NCBI GenBank assembly: GCA_049968255.1
Contig: JBMFRB010000002.1
Location: 160,001-224,000 of the forward strand
From: Candidatus Sumerlaeaceae bacterium
Lineage (GTDB): Bacteria; Sumerlaeota; Sumerlaeia; Sumerlaeales; Sumerlaeaceae
Length of the DNA: 64,000 nt
Direction of reading: 5' to 3'
Below are positions 60,038-64,000 of this stretch, piece after piece (position 1 is the first letter of the stretch; every line of letters starts with the position of its first letter). Both the position numbers and the translations under genes were made by a program. Below the pieces are notes generated by a model. That model saw only the letters and a program-made list of their open reading frames with translations, was not told where the DNA came from and ran no database searches.

Positions 60038-61489
60038 ATGAGCAGCCGTATGGTCCGAGATGTCACTCCTTTGATTGGCAAGAAATTCTTTATTTTGCTC
60101 GTGGGGATGTTATTGGTTGTTTTGCCGAATTTTGTTGTTCCGCGAGTTGCGACGCTAAATCCGGCAATTCACAGCAAGATCCTCATGCTACGCTGGATTT
60201 TGGGCGCAATGCTCGTTGCCGCAGCTCTCGCATCCGCGTGTTTCTCACATCATCGCCTGCTTCTCGGTGAAGTGGTGTTGTTGGCATTTGTTTTTGCTAA
60301 TTTGATATCAGCTGTGACGAGTTCAACCCCTGGTTTTTCTTTGACGGATTCATGGCAAATCTGGTGCCTTCCTTTGGTGAGCTTGGGGATTGCACGCCTA
60401 AAGCCGACAGCTCATCAGCGAGACGGGTTAGTTTATTTGGCGGTAGGGGGAGGGGGCATTGCCGCCCTGTATGGCCTGTGCGTTTACCTCGGTTACGATG
60501 TTCTCCGCGACCTCTATCCTTTCGCGTATTCTAAGGGCGATGCCAGAAACTACATCCATTCGTTCTTGGGCAACCCTGAGTATTTTGGTGGCTACATGGC
60601 CCCGCTGAGCGTCCTTGCTTTTGGCTATGCACTGTCTGGTTGGCACAGCTTGTGGCGCCGACTAGCCTGGCTGGGGCTTTGCACCTTTTTTCTTCTCGCC
60701 TTGGTGCTGAGCGGAACACGTGGTGCTCTTCTTGGAGCACTCTTTGGTTTTGTCTTGATTTTGTTGCGTGTCTACCGTGTGCAAGAGCCGGCAACTCGTC
60801 GTCGAATCATGGCGGGGATCGGCCTTTTGGTCGTTGTTACTGTCGCCGCGGTGGCAGTGCTTTCTTTCCCTAATCCGCTCAATGTTCGCCGCATGAGGCT
60901 GGCTCAGCGATTCGTTGCTGCGTTTGATCTCGCCTCAGATTCTGTGAGAGAGAGAATTTTATTTTTCGTTACCGCTTCGCGCATTGTGAAGGACCATCCT
61001 TTGCTGGGTGTCGGCCCCGGCTGTTTCAAATTGCATTTTTATCCTACTGTCCGCCTTCTAGTGCAGGAGGACGAGCGAGCGGGCTTCAAGCATTTTGCCG
61101 AAACTCTTCAGGGGCGCGTGGCGGAACATGCCCACAACGATTATCTCGAGTTCCTCAGTGAGCTTGGGGCTGTGGGGTTCGCAGCTTTTGCAGGTGTGGT
61201 CGCTGTGTTGATTTCGCGGTTTCGAGCTCGCCGAAGCGGGATGATTGGCTCTGAGGAGGACCTATCCGCTCGCTATACCTGGTTTCAATTCACGATCTTT
61301 TTTGGCGCAATTGCCTGTTTGCTGCTCAATGCTCTTTTCAGTTTCCCCCTGCACCTACCCGTTCGAGCTTCTTTGTTCTGGATCCTTGTTGGCTTATTCG
61401 TATCTTGCGACGGCGAGCTCGATTCGACGCAAGGGGATGATTTTGGCAGGCAGTCGCGTACCTTGGATGCCGCTGCGGAAAACAGCTGA
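60038..61489 (+). CDS. O-antigen ligase / O-oligosaccharyltransferase family protein
   Basis: Multi-TM; [35 protein letters not shown]. Confidence 0.88.
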   Translation: MSSRMVRDVTPLIGKKFFILLVGMLLVVLPNFVVPRVATLNPAIHSKILMLRWILGAMLVAAALASACFSHHRLLLGEVVLLAFVFANLISAVTSSTPGFSLTDSWQIWCLPLVSLGIARLKPTAHQRDGLVYLAVGGGGIAALYGLCVYLGYDVLRDLYPFAYSKGDARNYIHSFLGNPEYFGGYMAPLSVLAFGYALSGWHSLWRRLAWLGLCTFFLLALVLSGTRGALLGALFGFVLILLRVYRVQEPATRRRIMAGIGLLVVVTVAAVAVLSFPNPLNVRRMRLAQRFVAAFDLASDSVRERILFFVTASRIVKDHPLLGVGPGCFKLHFYPTVRLLVQEDERAGFKHFAETLQGRVAEHAHNDYLEFLSELGAVGFAAFAGVVAVLISRFRARRSGMIGSEEDLSARYTWFQFTIFFGAIACLLLNALFSFPLHLPVRASLFWILVGLFVSCDGELDSTQGDDFGRQSRTLDAAAENS

Positions 61490-61578
61490 AATCGCCTCGT
61501 TCGTCTCTCTATTCTCGATGTGCTTTGGCCGCAAGGCCGACAGCGCCACACAACACGTTGCCACAGAAAGGAGATGAA

Positions 61579-62691
61579 ATGAGAAAGAACCTTCTCGTCG
61601 GCCGTCGAATTGACCCACCTCCTATTCATTCTGACATGGGGGTGGCAGAGCTGGTGGACGAAGTTTTTTTGGCTTTCAATGCAGCGCGCTTGCGGGAAGC
61701 CGCTCAGTTACTCGCACGTAAATGCCTTGACAATGATGTGACTGTGGGACTTACTCTAAGCGGAGCGCTCACTCCCGCAGGCTTGGGCGCGAGCGCCCTG
61801 GTCCCTTTGCTCGAAGCTGGATTTGTAGACTGGATAGTCTCGACAGGCGCAAATCTTTACCACGACTGCCACTTTGTGTTGGACTGCGAACTTCACGTCG
61901 GCAGTGCGAATGTTAATGATGTTCTGCTCCGCGAACAAGGATTGGTTCGCATCTACGACATTCTCTTCGAGGCGGAGGTGCTTTTGCGTACAGACGAGTT
62001 TTTCCGTCGTGTTCTCGACGCTCCTGAGTTTCAGAAGAAGATGGGGACGGCAGAATTTCACTACTTGCTGGGTAAGTATGTGGCCGAGCGGGAAAGCCAA
62101 CTCGGTCAGAAGCGGCGTAGCTTACTCGCAGCTGCATTCGAATTTGGCGTGCCCGTTTACACCTCATCTCCTGGAGATAGTTCCATTGGGCTCATTCTTG
62201 CAGAAAAGCAGCTCGATGGAAGCGAACTCACTCTGGATCCCTTTCTTGACGTGAACGAGACAACCGCGATTGTCCTCAATGCTAAACGAAACGGGGGAAG
62301 ATCGGCAGTGTGGATTTTGGGAGGAGGGGCACCGAAAAATTTTGCCCTTCAGACGGAACCTCAATTGCAGGATGTGCTGAAAATTGGCGAGAAAGGGCAC
62401 GATTATTTCATCCAGATCACCGATGCGCGTCCCGACACGGGCGGGCTCAGTGGGGCAACCCCAAGTGAGGCTGTAAGCTGGGGCAAAATTGATCCAGACT
62501 CGTTGCCCGATGCAGTTGTCTGCTATTGCGACACGACAATCGCGTTGCCGCTTCTGACGGCTTACCTTTTGAAACAACATCCTCCGCGACAGCACAAGCG
62601 GCTTTATGACCGACGCGGCGAAATGCTGGACCAACTTCGCGCGGAATTTCATGCTGCGAAAAGGCGCATTATGACATCCAGAGCCAGGTAG
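61579..62691 (+). CDS. Deoxyhypusine synthase-like protein (bacterial homospermidine synthase type)
   Basis: [55 protein letters not shown]. Confidence 0.92.
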   Translation: MRKNLLVGRRIDPPPIHSDMGVAELVDEVFLAFNAARLREAAQLLARKCLDNDVTVGLTLSGALTPAGLGASALVPLLEAGFVDWIVSTGANLYHDCHFVLDCELHVGSANVNDVLLREQGLVRIYDILFEAEVLLRTDEFFRRVLDAPEFQKKMGTAEFHYLLGKYVAERESQLGQKRRSLLAAAFEFGVPVYTSSPGDSSIGLILAEKQLDGSELTLDPFLDVNETTAIVLNAKRNGGRSAVWILGGGAPKNFALQTEPQLQDVLKIGEKGHDYFIQITDARPDTGGLSGATPSEAVSWGKIDPDSLPDAVVCYCDTTIALPLLTAYLLKQHPPRQHKRLYDRRGEMLDQLRAEFHAAKRRIMTSRAR

Positions 62692-62797
62692 GGGCAATGT
62701 ACAGAGATCAATGTGCTAGCTCTCACGCAGTCTGCTTGCCTTTCGTTAGTCAAGAGAAGTTGTGTAATGCTGCTGTTTAGCCACGGGAGACTGTGCT

Positions 62798-63547
62798 GTG
62801 AATGACAGTGCTAGAGAGTCGTCGGCTTTTGTCCTGGACTGTCGTGACTTTCGTGAATCATCTCAACTTCTCGTTTTGCTAACGGAGGCCTACGGTCGGG
62901 TGGAGGCAGTTGCACGGGGCAGTCGACGCGCTAAAGGTTCCGTGCCTGATCGCTTCTGTAGGATTTTTGCGGTCTGGCGACCATCACGAAAAAGCGCATT
63001 GGCGACAATCTCGCGCTGGGAACTTGAACAGTCTTATCCCGCTATCCGCTCTTGCTATCTTGCATATCTGTTGGCCAGCTTGTGGGCGGATAGCGTGTTG
63101 GCTCTCACTGCCCCTTCAGCGGAAGAACGCGACGTGTTTCGTCTTAGCGCGCACCTATTCAGCTCTTTTCAAAGCGGGGCGACTCGGTGTCTTCCTCGCT
63201 GGGAGCATCTGCGGCTGTTTTGGCAACTTTTGGACTCACTTGGCTACGTCAGTGGATTAGAAAACTGTGCAAGTTGCATAGAAAAGCGGCCCCTTCACTG
63301 GTTTTCTTTTTCTGTTATGGGGCCCTTGTGCGAGCGATGTGCTCTTGGTCAGCAAGACGTTTACCCTCTTTGCGAACTGTGGGTAAGGCACTTAGGACAA
63401 GCCGGGATGCGAGCTTTCGCGCTACCGGTCGATGGGCTTATTGCCGCAGATTTTTTTAGCTTCTACGGAGCTGTTGTGGAACGCATCGCAGAGAAAAAAC
63501 TTCCGTCGGAGGCGCTTTTAGAAAAGGCGCTTCGCAACGCCTCATAG
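62798..63547 (+). CDS. recO: DNA repair protein RecO
   Basis: DFRESSQLLVLLTEAYGRVEAVARGSRR OB-fold start; CASC...CERC zinc finger. Confidence 0.85.
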   Translation: MNDSARESSAFVLDCRDFRESSQLLVLLTEAYGRVEAVARGSRRAKGSVPDRFCRIFAVWRPSRKSALATISRWELEQSYPAIRSCYLAYLLASLWADSVLALTAPSAEERDVFRLSAHLFSSFQSGATRCLPRWEHLRLFWQLLDSLGYVSGLENCASCIEKRPLHWFSFSVMGPLCERCALGQQDVYPLCELWVRHLGQAGMRAFALPVDGLIAADFFSFYGAVVERIAEKKLPSEALLEKALRNAS

Positions 63548-63633
63548 GCTTGATCTTTTTGGGTTGAAAACTAGCAAGCTCGGCTATAGCAAAAGAGCGG
63601 GTGCTGGAATAGTGTGGAACGGAGGATTTCGCG

Positions 63634-64000
63634 ATGAGTATGACGGGCCGAGCGCAAGACCGCAACGTTGAGGGGATTCTTCATTATCTTCACGACTATT
63701 TGAATGTTCGTCAGCAGCAAGCCATTCGTGTGAATCCTCGAATCGCTAACGTCATTGACGACGTCGTTTGGGCACAAGTGGAGAACCTGCGTCAGATCCT
63801 TCAAGGATTAAAGAGTTTTGGTCCTGAACGCATTAGAGTTGCCGATATTCTTGTGGGCGACGATGACCTCAAGCGCAAAGCACTCTTTAGCCACAGCGAT
63901 CAGAATTCAATCGTTCATGAAATCATTAATCGTCCCGATGACCAGCACGGCCGCGTGGCCGAGCTAGCTATCCATGACATGCGTACGTTGTTCCGCGCAA
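63634..64000 (+). CDS. Hypothetical protein, N-terminal part (runs off window end; absent from the ORF track)
   Basis: GGAGGA RBS at 63621, ATG at 63634, frame open to the end (MSMTGRAQDRNVEGILHYLHDYLNVRQQ...). Confidence 0.7.
   Translation, partial: MSMTGRAQDRNVEGILHYLHDYLNVRQQQAIRVNPRIANVIDDVVWAQVENLRQILQGLKSFGPERIRVADILVGDDDLKRKALFSHSDQNSIVHEIINRPDDQHGRVAELAIHDMRTLFRA

Noticed and set aside
1-64000. CRISPR arrays, IS elements, prophage or tRNA-anchored island
   Set aside because: No regularly spaced repeats, transposase, integrase, phage genes or duplicated tRNA 3' end seen by eye; short dispersed repeats could have been missed.

Overview
Gene-dense bacterial chromosomal window of moderately high GC. 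It is mostly core/housekeeping genes: tyrS, alr, pgsA, rsmD, trmB, prs, thrB, murG, lgt, priA, plsY-gpsA, prmA, accBC, fusA, murJ, lipBA, nusB, add, tilS, smpB, recO, a partial recD2 and a stand-alone tRNA-Ile(GAT). I see no CRISPR array, IS element, integrase or prophage. The solo prepilin-type gene with a C-terminal YDPTNGTxSxGDI motif suggests a Sumerlaeota (BRC1)-like diderm host (inference). Most interesting signals: (1) an XPB helicase tightly coupled to a 913-aa partner that carries a paralogous copy of the XPB N-terminal domain plus a WYL domain, resembling a bacterial XPB-p52 module, with a structured leader upstream; (2) a full-length two-SIS bacterial homologue of the vertebrate glucokinase regulatory protein that keeps MurQ catalytic motifs; (3) an E2-like lipoyl protein lacking its catalytic motif, heading a lipB-lipA operon; (4) an orphan ThiH/HydG-like radical SAM enzyme with rewritten substrate motifs; (5) MurJ with an inserted PrcB-like domain; (6) a ~175-nt rod-like intergenic hairpin that may be 6S RNA. 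All homology calls come from motifs recognised by eye; no searches or folding programs were run.
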